Source of the DNA: an uncultured Acidobacteriota bacterium
Lineage (GTDB): Bacteria > Acidobacteriota > Vicinamibacteria > Vicinamibacterales > CAVVIG01
Length of the DNA stretch: 64,000 bases
Direction of reading: 5' to 3'
NCBI GenBank assembly: GCA_963754955.1
Contig: CAVWHY010000004.1
Span: forward strand, 11,516-75,515
A program made the position numbers and the translations under genes. Below the pieces are notes generated by a model. It was not told the origin of the DNA and did not search any database. It saw nothing but the letters and a program-made list of their open reading frames with translations. Below are positions 9,202 through 18,858 of this stretch, in pieces; the stretch's first letter is position 1, and each line of letters opens with the position of its first letter.

Positions 9202-9228
9202 TTGGCAGTCTCTGAGCGCGAGTGCTAA
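9202..9228 (+). promoter_or_regulatory. CIRCE operator (HrcA binding site)
   Basis: TTGGCAGTC-N9-GAGTGCTAA versus consensus TTAGCACTC-N9-GAGTGCTAA. It abuts the hrcA ATG, sharing one base with it. Confidence 0.85.
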
Positions 9229-10268
9229 TGTCTGCTGAGCCCAACGACCGCGCCAAACGCGTCCTCGCCGCGCTCGTGCGCGAATACATCGCCTCGGGCG
9301 AACCCGTCGCGTCGTCCGTGCTCGTCACGGCGGCCGGCCTCGGGGTGTCTTCCGCCACCGTCCGCAACATTCTCGCGCGGCTCGAGGACGAAGGGTTCGT
9401 CCAGCAGCCGCACACGTCGGCCGGGCGCATCCCCACGGATCGCGGCTATCGGTTCTACGTGGATCTGCTACTCGACTCGAGACGTTCGAGCCGGACGGCG
9501 CACGCCGTCGAGGCGCGTCTGCGCCGCGACCATGCGGGCCGGCTGCCCGATTCGATGCTGCCCGGAGTTTCGCACCTGGTCTCTCAGGCGTCGGGCCACA
9601 TCGGTTTCGTGCTGCAGCCCGCGCAGGAAGGCGCCGTGTTCGACCGCGTCGAGTTCGTTCCGCTCAGCACGTCGCGCGTGCTCGTCATCATCGTCGCCCG
9701 CGGGGGCCACGTGATCCAGAAAGTCATCGAGATCGCGGAACCGCTCGGCGCCGACGACCTGCGCGAGGCGGCCAACTACCTGAACCGGGAGTTTTCGGGG
9801 CTGCCCCTCGCCCGCGCCCGCGAGGCGGTGCGCGAGCGCATCAACGAAGAGCGCATGCTGTACGACGCGCTCCTGGCACGGGCGATGCGCCTCGCCTCGT
9901 CGACGTTCACGGATCTGCCCCGCGGTGGAACCATCTACGTGGACGGCGCCGCGTCGCTCCTCGAGGAGACGCACGGCCTTACGCTCGGCACGCTGCAGAC
10001 GCTGCTCCAGATGATGGAAGAAAAGCAGCGGCTGGTCCACCTGTTGAACGAATACATCGACGGCCCCGGCCTGACCGTCGTCATCGGCGCTGAGCATCTG
10101 GATCCGAACCTGCGGTCCTTCAGCCTGATCATCTCGACATACGGCGATGGGATGGCGATTGGTACCGTGGGCGTGATCGGACCGACGCGCATGCGGTATC
10201 CGCGCGCTATCGACGTGGTGGACGGCGCGGCCCAGGCCGTATCGCGCGTTCTGCGCGATCCAAATTAG
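9228..10268 (+). CDS. hrcA: heat-inducible transcription repressor HrcA
   Basis: ORF 9222..10268. N-terminal winged-helix segment RAKRVLAALVREYIASGEPVASSVL..SSATVRNILARLEDEGFVQQPHTSAGRIPT. ATG 9228 preferred over GTG 9222. Confidence 0.9.
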   Translation: MSAEPNDRAKRVLAALVREYIASGEPVASSVLVTAAGLGVSSATVRNILARLEDEGFVQQPHTSAGRIPTDRGYRFYVDLLLDSRRSSRTAHAVEARLRRDHAGRLPDSMLPGVSHLVSQASGHIGFVLQPAQEGAVFDRVEFVPLSTSRVLVIIVARGGHVIQKVIEIAEPLGADDLREAANYLNREFSGLPLARAREAVRERINEERMLYDALLARAMRLASSTFTDLPRGGTIYVDGAASLLEETHGLTLGTLQTLLQMMEEKQRLVHLLNEYIDGPGLTVVIGAEHLDPNLRSFSLIISTYGDGMAIGTVGVIGPTRMRYPRAIDVVDGAAQAVSRVLRDPN

Positions 10269-10380
10269 CAGTATGTTGCCCAGAGATCAGATCCGGCCGC
10301 TCCGTAGTCGCGGCTGGAGAATCGCGGCCAGGGCTTGTTGTACGCGGTACTCTTCCAGGTGATAGGCACCACTAGAACGT

Positions 10381-10911
10381 ATGACTGACAAACACGCGCC
10401 AGACCCGGCGGGACCCTCGCCGGCGGCAACTGATCCCTCCGAGTCGCCGGAAGCGGACGCCGCGGATCCCCTCGACGACATCCGCCGCGAACGCGACGAT
10501 TACCACGACCGGTGGATGCGCAAGACCGCCGAATTCGATAACTACCGGAAGCGGATCGATCGCGAGCGCCGCGAACAGTCCGACCAGGCGGTCGTCGGCG
10601 TTCTCCAGGACGTGCTGCTCATCGTCGATGATTTCGATCGCGCGCTGACGGTCGACGCCGGCGGCGGAGCCGACGCCTATCGGAAAGGGGTAGAGCTCAT
10701 TTACCAGAAGCTCACCGATCTGCTGCGCAAGCGAGGCGTGAAGGCCTTCGAGTCGCTCGGCGCCGACTTCGATCCCAACATCCACCAGGCTGTCGTGCAC
10801 GAGTCGAGCCCGGAGCATCGCGAAGGTGAAGTCATCGGCGAACTGCAGAAGGGCTACATGCTGGGCGATCGCCTGCTCAGGCCCGCCATGGTGAAGGTGG
10901 CCAAAGCGTGA
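10381..10911 (+). CDS. grpE: nucleotide exchange factor GrpE
   Basis: ORF. Motifs [16 protein letters not shown] and [25 protein letters not shown] typical of GrpE. Follows hrcA. Confidence 0.9.
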   Translation: MTDKHAPDPAGPSPAATDPSESPEADAADPLDDIRRERDDYHDRWMRKTAEFDNYRKRIDRERREQSDQAVVGVLQDVLLIVDDFDRALTVDAGGGADAYRKGVELIYQKLTDLLRKRGVKAFESLGADFDPNIHQAVVHESSPEHREGEVIGELQKGYMLGDRLLRPAMVKVAKA

Positions 10912-12053
10912 GCAAGCGCGACTACTACGAGGTTCTCGGCGTCTCCCGGACGGTCACCGAGAACGAGATGAAGAGCGCCTACCGCAAGCTGGCGCTCAAG
11001 TACCATCCGGACCGCAACCCCGGCGACAAGGCGGCCGAAGAGAGTTTCAAGGAGTGCGCCGAGGCGTACGCCGTGCTTGCCGACCCCGACAAGCGCGCGG
11101 CGTACGACCGCTTCGGCCACGCGGCTGTGGGCAACGCGGCCGGCGGGGGCGTCGATCCCACGATCTTCGCGGACTTCGGCGACATCCTCGGCGGACTGGG
11201 CGACATCTTCGGCTTCGGTGACATCCTGGGCGGCGGGCGGCGCCGCGGCGGCCCCCAGCGCGGCGGCGATCTGCGTTACGACCTCGAGATCTCCTTCGAG
11301 GAATCCGCCAGCGGCACCGAGACGAACATCCAGATTCCGCGCCAGGAAGCGTGCGAAACGTGCGCCGGCACGGGCGCCGCGCCGGGTTCTTCACCAGTGG
11401 TCTGTAACCAGTGCCGGGGCCAGGGGCAGGTGCGGTTCCAGCAGGGGTTCTTCACCGTGGCGCGGACATGCCCGCAGTGCCGCGGCACCGGACGGACCAT
11501 CGCCAAGCCGTGCCAGCCGTGCAAGGGCGTCGGCCAGGTGCCGAAGCAACGCAAGATTACCGTGAAGATTCCGGCCGGCATCGCCACGGGGCAGCAGCTG
11601 CGGATTCAAGGCGAGGGCGAAGGCGGCACGGGCGGTGCGCCCCCCGGCAACCTGTACGTGGTCATCCACGTGCAGGAACACGAGTTCTTCCGGCGCGACG
11701 GCCTCAACCTGTTCTGCGAGATCCCGGTCAACTTCACGACCGTCGCCCTGGGCGGCGAAATCCAGGTGCCGACGCTCGAGGGCACCGAGTCGATCAAGGT
11801 GCCGGAAGGCACGGCGACCGGCACGACGCTGCGCCTGCGCGGCAAGGGCATGCCTGACGTCAACGGACGCGGGAAGGGCGATCTGTTCGCGACCGTGCAG
11901 GTGCGCACGCCGAAGAAACTCAGCAAGGACCAGCGCCACGCGCTCGAACAGCTCGCGAGGATGCTGCCCGCCGAAAAGTTCGAGCCCCGCAAGCGGCACG
12001 AAGAACAGGACGAGCGCAACCTGTTCGATCGCGTCAAGGACATGTTTGGATAG
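10908..12053 (+). CDS. dnaJ: molecular chaperone DnaJ
   Basis: ORF. J-domain ([22 protein letters not shown]), G/F region, four CxxCxGxG zinc motifs ([32 protein letters not shown]). Confidence 0.95.
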   Translation: MSKRDYYEVLGVSRTVTENEMKSAYRKLALKYHPDRNPGDKAAEESFKECAEAYAVLADPDKRAAYDRFGHAAVGNAAGGGVDPTIFADFGDILGGLGDIFGFGDILGGGRRRGGPQRGGDLRYDLEISFEESASGTETNIQIPRQEACETCAGTGAAPGSSPVVCNQCRGQGQVRFQQGFFTVARTCPQCRGTGRTIAKPCQPCKGVGQVPKQRKITVKIPAGIATGQQLRIQGEGEGGTGGAPPGNLYVVIHVQEHEFFRRDGLNLFCEIPVNFTTVALGGEIQVPTLEGTESIKVPEGTATGTTLRLRGKGMPDVNGRGKGDLFATVQVRTPKKLSKDQRHALEQLARMLPAEKFEPRKRHEEQDERNLFDRVKDMFG

Positions 12054-12873
12054 GCGCTGGCCCGCGCTCGACGTCTACGGGGACAGCCAGGAAGAACGCG
12101 GGTTTTTCATCGCCGACGACTACGCGCCCGCGGCGGTCCAGGAAATCGAGGGCGGCCTCCGCTTCTTCTTCACCAACGCACACGATCGCGATCAGGCCGC
12201 AAGCGCGCTCCGGCCATTCCTCCGCATCTCCCCCGTCGACATCGCAGACGAAGACTGGGCACGGCGGTCGCAGGAGAACCTGACGCCGATCTCCGTCGGC
12301 CGCATCGTGGTCGCGCCGCCGTGGCACGCGTTGGCTACCGGCGATCGATCGCCGCGGACTATCGTCATCGCGCCCTCGATGGGTTTCGGCACGGGCCACC
12401 ACGCAACGACGCGGTTGTGCCTCGCGGCCTTGCAGGAGATCGACCTGGCAGACGCAGAGGTGCTCGATCTCGGAACGGGATCCGGCGTGCTGTCGATGGC
12501 TGCGGTGCACCTTGGCGCCGCCCGCGCCGTCGGGATCGACGACGATCCGGACGCCATTCAGTCGGCCGTCGAGAGCCTTGCGCTCAATCCAGGCCTGCCT
12601 GACGGACGCATCCTGTTTGCGGTCGGTGACCTGATGACCATGGAGCTGCCTGTCGCGGACGTGGTGGCGGCGAACCTGACCGGCGGCCTGCTGATCCGTG
12701 CGGCGGCGCGCCTGCGCCAGGCCGTGAAACCGGGAGGCGCCCTGATCATGAGCGGCGTCCAGGCCCCCGAACGTGACGAAGTCTGGCGGGCGTTTGCCGG
12801 CCTCGAGCTCGAGGCCGAGTCCGCGGAAGACGGCTGGATAACCTTTACGGGCCGACGACTGTCTAATGGATAG
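12046..12873 (+). CDS. prmA: ribosomal protein L11 methyltransferase PrmA
   Basis: Tail of ORF 11635..12873. Motifs [32 protein letters not shown]. The only plausible in-frame start is TTG 12046, overlapping the dnaJ end. Confidence 0.8.
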   Translation: MDRRWPALDVYGDSQEERGFFIADDYAPAAVQEIEGGLRFFFTNAHDRDQAASALRPFLRISPVDIADEDWARRSQENLTPISVGRIVVAPPWHALATGDRSPRTIVIAPSMGFGTGHHATTRLCLAALQEIDLADAEVLDLGTGSGVLSMAAVHLGAARAVGIDDDPDAIQSAVESLALNPGLPDGRILFAVGDLMTMELPVADVVAANLTGGLLIRAAARLRQAVKPGGALIMSGVQAPERDEVWRAFAGLELEAESAEDGWITFTGRRLSNG

Positions 12874-12880
12874 GGCTCAC

Positions 12881-12924
12881 AAGGTCCAAGAGGTCCACAG
12901 GTCCGAGGGGTCCAAGAGGTCCGC
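12881..12924. repeat. tandem array C, five GGTCC-centred 8-9 nt units (GAGGTCC family), no opposing arm
   Basis: aaggtccaagaggtccacaggtccgaggggtccaagaggtccgc, running up to the ATG at 12925. Confidence 0.75.
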
Positions 12925-14766
12925 ATGATTCGGCGATTTCTTCCCGTTGCATTGACCGTGGTCGCGAGCGTGGCGGTCCTGGCCGCTCAGACGCCGCAAA
13001 CGGGGACGGCGCAGCCGGGCCAGACGGGTTCGCGCGGCGGCCAGCAGCCCGCCCGCGATACGCCGTCGCAGCAGAACGCGCCGGCCGTAGCCGGGCGTCT
13101 GTCAGGACGCGTGCTGGCGGCCGACAACGGGCGGCCGGTGAAGCGGGCCCGCGTCTTCATCACGGCCGCGGAGCTCCCGGGCGGGCGCGGAATGCTGACC
13201 GACGACAGCGGCGCGTTCGACTTCACGGAACTGCCTGCCGGCCGCTATACCCTGACCGCATCGAAAAATGGTTTCATCGGCCTCTCGTACGGCCAGCGGC
13301 GGCCGCTCCAGTCGGGCACTCCGCTGCAACTCGCCGACGACCAGCAGTTGCGAGGCATCGACTTCAGGCTGCCGCGGGGCGGCGTGCTCGCGGGCCACGT
13401 CTTCGACGAGGACGGCGACGCCATGCCCGGCGCGATGGTGCGCGTGATGCGGTACCAGTACCAGCAGGGCGAGCGCCGGCTCGTCCCGGCAGGCACGGCG
13501 CAGACCGATGACAAGGGTGCGTACCGGGTGTGGGGCCTGAACCCGGGCGACTATTACGTCAGCGCCGTTACGCGGATCGACTTCGGCTTCGGCGGCGGCG
13601 GCCGTGGAGGGCCGGGCCGTGGAGGACCAGGCGGACCGGCGCCTGGCGCGATCGCCAACGCGGTGGGCGGGCTGCTCGGCGGCAACGTCGCGGCGCTGAT
13701 CGGCGGTGCGGGCGACGACCAGGATCGGCTGTCCTACGCGCCCACATATTTTCCAGGCGTCGCATCGATCAACGAAGCGCGGTCCGTCACGGTCGGCGTC
13801 AGCCAGGAAGTCGCAGACATCGATTTCAGCCTGCAGCTGGTGCGAACGTCACGGATCAGCGGGAACGTGAACAACCCCGACGGCACGCGGCCGAGCGGCG
13901 GAAACGTCAATCTGACGCCGGAAGGCGCAGCCGGCGGCCGCGGCAACCTCGGCACCAGCTTCGGGTCGCGCATCGACTGGGACGGCAGCTTCACCATCAC
14001 CAACGTGCCGCCGGGCCGTTACACGCTGCGGGCCCGCAGCAACGACAGCGAGGTGCCGCTGTCCGCCTCGCAGCCGCTCGCGGTGTCCGGCGGCGATCTC
14101 GCGAACGTCTCCGTGATGCTGGCGACGGGTGGAACCGTGACGGGAACGATTGTCTTCGAACCCACGCAGGCGTCCGTGCCGGGAGACCTGAGCCAAATCC
14201 GGGTCGCCGCGCCCTCCAGCGAGCAATCGGACCTCGGCCCCAATCCGAATGCCCGCGTCGACAAGGACGGGGCGTTCACGCTGGACGGCGTGCCTGCCGG
14301 GCCGCACCTGATTCGGCCGAACGGGGGCGGCGCGCTCCGAGGGTGGACGCTGAAGTCGGTCGTCCTCGACGGACGCGACATCACCGACACGCCCGTCGAA
14401 GTGAAGAGCGGCCAGCGGATCAGCAACGTGACGCTCACCTTCACGGATCGCCTGACGGAAATCAACGGCAGCGTCACCGACGACCAGAGCGTCCCGGTCA
14501 CCGAGTTCACGGTCCTTGCGTTTTCAACCAATTCGTCGCTGTGGCGGGCGCAATCGCGCCAGATCATGACGGCGCGGCCCGATCAGACGGGCACCTTCAA
14601 GATTCGCGGCCTCCCGGCCGGCGAGTACTTCATGACGACCGTCGACCCGGCCGAGCAGGGCGAGTGGTTCGAGCCGGCCTACCTCGATGCTCATCGCCAG
14701 GGCGCGACGCGCATCACGGTGACGGACGGCGACGTGAAGACGCAGAACTTCAGGGTAAGGAGATAG
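12925..14766 (+). CDS. secreted carboxypeptidase-regulatory-like (CarboxypepD_reg) multidomain protein
   Basis: ORF. Signal peptide MIRRFLPVALTVVASVAVLAAQ. Repeated Ig-like segments of the type GRVL..DNGRPVKRARV..TDDSGAFDFTELPAGRYTLTASKNGF. Internal Gly-rich low-complexity stretch. Confidence 0.75.
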   Translation: MIRRFLPVALTVVASVAVLAAQTPQTGTAQPGQTGSRGGQQPARDTPSQQNAPAVAGRLSGRVLAADNGRPVKRARVFITAAELPGGRGMLTDDSGAFDFTELPAGRYTLTASKNGFIGLSYGQRRPLQSGTPLQLADDQQLRGIDFRLPRGGVLAGHVFDEDGDAMPGAMVRVMRYQYQQGERRLVPAGTAQTDDKGAYRVWGLNPGDYYVSAVTRIDFGFGGGGRGGPGRGGPGGPAPGAIANAVGGLLGGNVAALIGGAGDDQDRLSYAPTYFPGVASINEARSVTVGVSQEVADIDFSLQLVRTSRISGNVNNPDGTRPSGGNVNLTPEGAAGGRGNLGTSFGSRIDWDGSFTITNVPPGRYTLRARSNDSEVPLSASQPLAVSGGDLANVSVMLATGGTVTGTIVFEPTQASVPGDLSQIRVAAPSSEQSDLGPNPNARVDKDGAFTLDGVPAGPHLIRPNGGGALRGWTLKSVVLDGRDITDTPVEVKSGQRISNVTLTFTDRLTEINGSVTDDQSVPVTEFTVLAFSTNSSLWRAQSRQIMTARPDQTGTFKIRGLPAGEYFMTTVDPAEQGEWFEPAYLDAHRQGATRITVTDGDVKTQNFRVRR

Positions 14767-14770
14767 AACC

Positions 14771-15520
14771 TTACAAATCCCCCCACAGGAACTGCAGCAC
14801 GCTGATCGCGGCAACCGGCGTGGCATCGGCCCTGAGGGTCCGGCGGCCGAGGCTCACGAGCCGGGCGCCGCGGGATTGCGCGGCCGTCCACTCGGCTTCT
14901 ACCCACCCGCCCTCGGGCCCGATCAGAATCGCGGCATCCTGAGGCACGAGCTGATCTCGCAGCACGGAGAGCGGCTCGACTTGCGCGTTCGCACCGGGTT
15001 CGACCAGCATCAGCATGAGAGCGGCCGCCGGATCGTCCAGGTACGATTCGAGCGTCAGCGGCCGCAGGATCTCGGGCAGTACCGCTCTCCCCGACTGTTT
15101 CACCGATGCGAGCGCCACGCGGCGCCAGCGATCGGGCCGCGCGCCTCGCGCGAGCGCCGCCACGGTCGTCTCGGCTCGGGTCGTGACGAGCGGCTGGACG
15201 GCCGCCACGCCGAGCATCACCGCGTCGCGGACGATGTCGTCCATTTTCTCGCCCTTGAGCACGGCCTGGGCGAGCGTCAGGGACACGCTCGGCTCGGGGG
15301 CCGGATCCACACGCGAAACGACCTGCACGCGCGCGTCGCGCCGGTCGGCGTGCACCACGCGCGCCGCGAACTCGTGACCGCGGCCGTCGAACACGGACAC
15401 CATGTCACCGGCGCCCAGGCGCAGCACTCGCGTCAGGTGCTCGGACTCGTCGTGCGGCAGCGTGACGGCCTCGTCGCCGGGATCGAGGTTCGGTGCGAAG
15501 AACCGGTGCACGGCGGTCAT
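14771..15520 (-). CDS. rsmE: 16S rRNA (uracil1498-N3)-methyltransferase RsmE
   Basis: ORF 14771..15544. MTAVHRFFAPN.. start typical of RsmE, with PUA-like N-domain and SPOUT C-domain (ILIGPEGGW). ATG 15520 chosen; ATG 15532 and TTG 15544 are alternatives. Confidence 0.85.
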   Translation of the reverse strand: MTAVHRFFAPNLDPGDEAVTLPHDESEHLTRVLRLGAGDMVSVFDGRGHEFAARVVHADRRDARVQVVSRVDPAPEPSVSLTLAQAVLKGEKMDDIVRDAVMLGVAAVQPLVTTRAETTVAALARGARPDRWRRVALASVKQSGRAVLPEILRPLTLESYLDDPAAALMLMLVEPGANAQVEPLSVLRDQLVPQDAAILIGPEGGWVEAEWTAAQSRGARLVSLGRRTLRADATPVAAISVLQFLWGDL

Positions 15521-15530
15521 TGTGGCGGTC

Positions 15531-15536
15531 ATTATA
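15531..15536 (-). promoter_or_regulatory. candidate -10 box TATAAT for rsmE (minus strand), 10 nt before ATG 15520
   Basis: Minus strand reads cgTATAATgaccgccacaATG. Confidence 0.4.
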
Positions 15537-15554
15537 CGGTTCAACCATGAACGA

Positions 15555-15560
15555 TATAAT
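15555..15560 (+). promoter_or_regulatory. candidate -10 box TATAAT for the kinase gene, 9 nt before ATG 15570
   Basis: gaTATAATcactcccacATG, with no SD-like sequence. Confidence 0.45.
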
Positions 15561-15569
15561 CACTCCCAC

Positions 15570-16535
15570 ATGTTCTTCCGCGGGCAAATCATCGGGAAGT
15601 ACAAGATTCTCAAGACGATCGGAAGCGGCGGCTTCGGCACCGTCTATCTCGCGGACGATACCTGGATTAACAAAAAGGTCGCGCTCAAGGTCCCGCACAA
15701 GCAGGGCGTCGACTTCGGCGAACTCCTCCGCGAGGCGCGGTTGCTTGCCGCCCTCGATCACCCGAACATCGTCCGCATCGTCACGGCGGAAAAGCAGGAG
15801 AACGTCTTCTTCATCGTGATGGACTTCGTGCCGGGCGAAACGCTCGAGGACGTCGTGTCGCGCGACGGCGCGCTCGACGTCGCGCTTGCCCTCGACTACA
15901 CCTGCCAGATCAGCAACGCCGTCGATCACGCGCACCGCCAGGGCGTGCTGCATCGCGACCTGCGGCCGTCGAACATCCTGGTCGCCGACACCGGTCAGTT
16001 GAAAGTCGCCGACTTCGGGACGTCGCGGTTTCTCGAGATTGCCGCGCACGGATCGACCGTCATCGGCAGCCCTCCGTACATGGCGCCCGAGCAGTTCCGC
16101 GGCGAAGCCGTGCTCGCGTCCGACGTGTACTCGCTCGGCGTCACCATGTACCAGATGCTGACCGGGGAGCTGCCGTACGACACACCGTCGCAGGCAGATC
16201 TCGAGCGCCTGCGGCGCGGCGAGCTCGTGACGCCGCCTCGGCTGAAAAACCCGAAGATCCCCCGGGCCATCAACGACGTCGTCATGAAAGCGATGGCCCC
16301 CGAGATCGTCGACCGCTACCAGCGCGCCGGCGAACTGCTCGACGATGTGCTGGCGGCGCGAGGCAGCACCCCGCGGCGCACGCCGAGGCCGACCCCGACC
16401 GACAGCGCGAGCGCCGAGGACATCCAGACACGGCTGAAGGCACGCGAGTCGCCACAGCCGCGGTTCTGCTGGCACTGCCGCAAACCGCTGCACGCCCGGG
16501 CCGATCGTTGTCCGTTCTGCAACGAAACGCAGTAG
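15570..16535 (+). CDS. serine/threonine protein kinase with C-terminal zinc-ribbon
   Basis: Inside ORF 15402..16535. Starts MFFRGQIIGKYKILKTIGSGGFGTVYLA. Motifs VALKV, HRDLRPSNILV, DFGTS, PPYMAPE. C-terminal CWHCRKPL..CPFCNE. Confidence 0.9.
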   Translation: MFFRGQIIGKYKILKTIGSGGFGTVYLADDTWINKKVALKVPHKQGVDFGELLREARLLAALDHPNIVRIVTAEKQENVFFIVMDFVPGETLEDVVSRDGALDVALALDYTCQISNAVDHAHRQGVLHRDLRPSNILVADTGQLKVADFGTSRFLEIAAHGSTVIGSPPYMAPEQFRGEAVLASDVYSLGVTMYQMLTGELPYDTPSQADLERLRRGELVTPPRLKNPKIPRAINDVVMKAMAPEIVDRYQRAGELLDDVLAARGSTPRRTPRPTPTDSASAEDIQTRLKARESPQPRFCWHCRKPLHARADRCPFCNETQ

Positions 16536-16585
16536 CGGTTACCAACAAGTCACCTGCCGGTCGCATCACGCAGCAGCGGATGCGC

Positions 16586-16605
16586 TAGAATATCTTCATA
16601 AGGAG
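16586..16605 (+). promoter_or_regulatory. candidate -10 (TAGAAT 16586-16591) and SD (AAGGAG 16600-16605) of ilvE
   Basis: AT-rich patch gcgcTAGAATatcttcatAAGGAGcacttATG. This is the only clear canonical SD I noted in the window. Confidence 0.45.
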
Positions 16606-16610
16606 CACTT

Positions 16611-17588
16611 ATGGGGTTTCCGGGTACCGGGAAAATCTGGATGAACGGCAAGCTGGTGGACTGGCGCGACGCGACCATTCACATCGGCTCCCACGTCATC
16701 CACTACGGCAGCGGCGTCTTCGAAGGCGCGCGCTGCTACAGCACGCCCAAGGGTTCGGCGTGCTTCCGGCTGGATGCCCACATGCGGCGCCTGATGGAGT
16801 CCGCCAAGATCTACCGCATGGACTACACGCTGGATCTGAAGGGCTGGATGGAGGCCGTGCTCGAGACCATCCGCGCAAACGAGATGAAGGCGTGCTACAT
16901 CCGTCCGCTCGTGTATCGCGGATACGAGACCCTCGGTGTCAACCCGCTTAACAATCCCGTCGATGCGGCCATCATGGTGTGGGACTGGGGCGCCTACCTC
17001 GGTCACGACGCGCTCGAAGACGGCGTGGACGTGAAGGTGAGCTCCTGGACCCGCCTGGCGCCCAACACGCTGCCGGCGATGGCCAAGGCGACCGCCAACT
17101 ACGCCAATTCGCAGCTGATCAAGATGGAAGCGATCGCTGACGGGTATTCCGAAGGCATCGCGCTCGACGTCAACGGGAACCTCAGCGAAGGCAGCGGCCA
17201 GAACCTGCTCATCGTGCGCGACGGCGCGATCTTCACGCCGCCTCTGGGTTCGTCGATTCTCGGCGGGATCACGCGCGACTCGGTCATGACGCTCGCGCGC
17301 GAGCTGGGCTACACCGTCACCGAGACCGTCCTCCCCCGCGAGGCGCTGTACACAGCGGACGAGGTGTTCTTCGTCGGAACGGCCGCGGAGGTCACCCCGG
17401 TCCGCTCGGTCGACAAGATCAAGGTGGGCACCGGCCACCGCGGGCCGGTCACGGCGGCCCTGCAGCACGCGTTTTTCGACGTCGTGAACGGCAAAACGCC
17501 CGATCGACACGGCTGGCTGACCTACGTCTACCCGGCAGAAGCCTCCCTGCGGACCGGCCCCAAAGAAGTCGCGGCGCGCGGCCGATAA
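16611..17588 (+). CDS. ilvE: branched-chain amino acid aminotransferase
   Basis: ORF. WMNGKLVDWRDATIHIGSHVIHYGSGVFEGARCY and GITRDSV..EVFFVGTAAEVTPV typical of class IV IlvE. Confidence 0.9.
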   Translation: MGFPGTGKIWMNGKLVDWRDATIHIGSHVIHYGSGVFEGARCYSTPKGSACFRLDAHMRRLMESAKIYRMDYTLDLKGWMEAVLETIRANEMKACYIRPLVYRGYETLGVNPLNNPVDAAIMVWDWGAYLGHDALEDGVDVKVSSWTRLAPNTLPAMAKATANYANSQLIKMEAIADGYSEGIALDVNGNLSEGSGQNLLIVRDGAIFTPPLGSSILGGITRDSVMTLARELGYTVTETVLPREALYTADEVFFVGTAAEVTPVRSVDKIKVGTGHRGPVTAALQHAFFDVVNGKTPDRHGWLTYVYPAEASLRTGPKEVAARGR

Positions 17589-17591
17589 GAC

Positions 17592-17713
17592 AGGGGCCAG
17601 GGGTTCGCGCCAGAGGTCAGAGCCGAGAGGTTAGGGATAGGGGTTGGCCCGAAAGGCGGCTGACCGTCTGCCTTCCCCAACCTCTAACCTCCAACCTCTA
17701 ACCCCTCACCCCC
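17592..17713. repeat. hairpin D, CCAGAGGTT/AACCTCT (GGGGCC) family
   Basis: Left arm aggggccaggggttcgcgccagaggtcagagccgagaggttagggataggggttgg. Right arm ccaacctctaacctccaacctctaacccctcaccccc. Spans the entire ilvE-pilT gap and ends 1 nt before the pilT ATG. Confidence 0.75.
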
Positions 17714-17714
17714 T

Positions 17715-18837
17715 ATGCCTATGCACGTCAATGATCTCCTGAAGATCGCCGTCGAGAATGGCGCGTCGGACCTGCACATCAAGGTGGGCAGCTACCCGAT
17801 GATGCGGCAGCGCGGCCTCCTGGTGCCCGCCTCCGAGGAAAAACGGCTCAACCACGAAGATGTGGTCGCCATGAGCGCGGCCGTGATGTCGAACATTCAC
17901 CGCGAGAAGTTCAAGGACGCGCAGGAAGTCGACCTCGCGTACAGCGTCCCCGGCCTGGGCCGGTTCCGCGTGAACGTCTTCCAGCAGCGCGGCACGGTCG
18001 GCCTGGTCCTGCGCGTCATCCCGATGGCCATCAAGACCATCGACGACCTCGGCTTGCCCGTGATCCTCAAGAAAGTCGCGAGCGAGGAGCGCGGACTCGT
18101 CCTGGTGACGGGCACGACCGGCAGCGGCAAGAGCACGACGCTGGCGGCGATGATCGATCACGTCAACCGCACGCGCTGCGCGCACGTGATGACGGTCGAG
18201 GATCCGATCGAGTTCCTGCACCGCGACAACCAGTCGATCGTCAATCAGCGCGAGGTCGCCGTCGACACGCGGTCGTTCGCCTGGGCGCTGCGCAGCGCGC
18301 TGCGCCAGGATCCGGACGTCATTCTCGTCGGCGAAATGCGCGACTTCGAGACGATCGAAACGGGCCTGCTGGCGGCGGAAACGGGCCACCTCGTCTTCTC
18401 CACCCTCCACACGCTCGACGCGACGGAGACCATCAACCGCATCATCGCCGTATTTCCGCCGCACCAGCAGAAGCAGGTCCGCCTGCAATTGGCGGCGGTG
18501 CTCAAGGCGCGTCATCTCCCAGCGGCTCATCCCGCGCTCCGACGGACACGGCCGCGTGCCCGCCGTCGAGGTGATGATCGCGACGGCGTTCATCCGCGAC
18601 TGCATCGTCGACAAGGAACGCACGCACCAGATTCCGGCCGCCATCGCCGCCGGGACGTCGCAATACGGGATGCAGACCTTCGATCAGTCGATCTTCGGAC
18701 TGTTCGAGCAGGGCCTGGTGTCGTACGACGAGGCGCTGCGCTGGGCGACCAACGTCGACGAATTCAAGCTCAAGGTGCAGGGCATCTCGACTAACGCCGA
18801 CATGGGCCGCGACGCGATCACCCGCTTCGGGAGTTAG
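17715..18837 (+). pseudogene. pilT: type IV pilus twitching-motility ATPase PilT; frame broken once (~18507-18511)
   Basis: ORF 17715..18794 carries the N-terminus (Walker A GTTGSGKST). ORF 18556..18837 carries the true C-terminus (VPAVEVMIATAFIRDCI..). Junction ..AAVLKA|VISQRLIPRSDGHGR needs removal of one base in aaggcg[c]gtcatc. Confidence 0.85.
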
Positions 18838-18858
18838 CCCGGGAAGGACGGTCGCGGA

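Noticed and set aside
10265-10291. A second CIRCE-like sequence at the hrcA stop (TTAGCAGTA-N9-GAGATCAGA) upstream of grpE.
   Set aside because: The left half is acceptable (7/9) but the right half matches only 5/9 of GAGTGCTAA and the dyad symmetry is poor. It is likely a chance resemblance.
13590-13700. Gly-rich stretch (GFGGGGRGGPGRGGPGGPAPG..GGLLGG) in the CarboxypepD_reg protein as a separate feature or frameshift artefact.
   Set aside because: The reading frame is continuous and flanked by normal domain sequence. It looks like an ordinary low-complexity linker.
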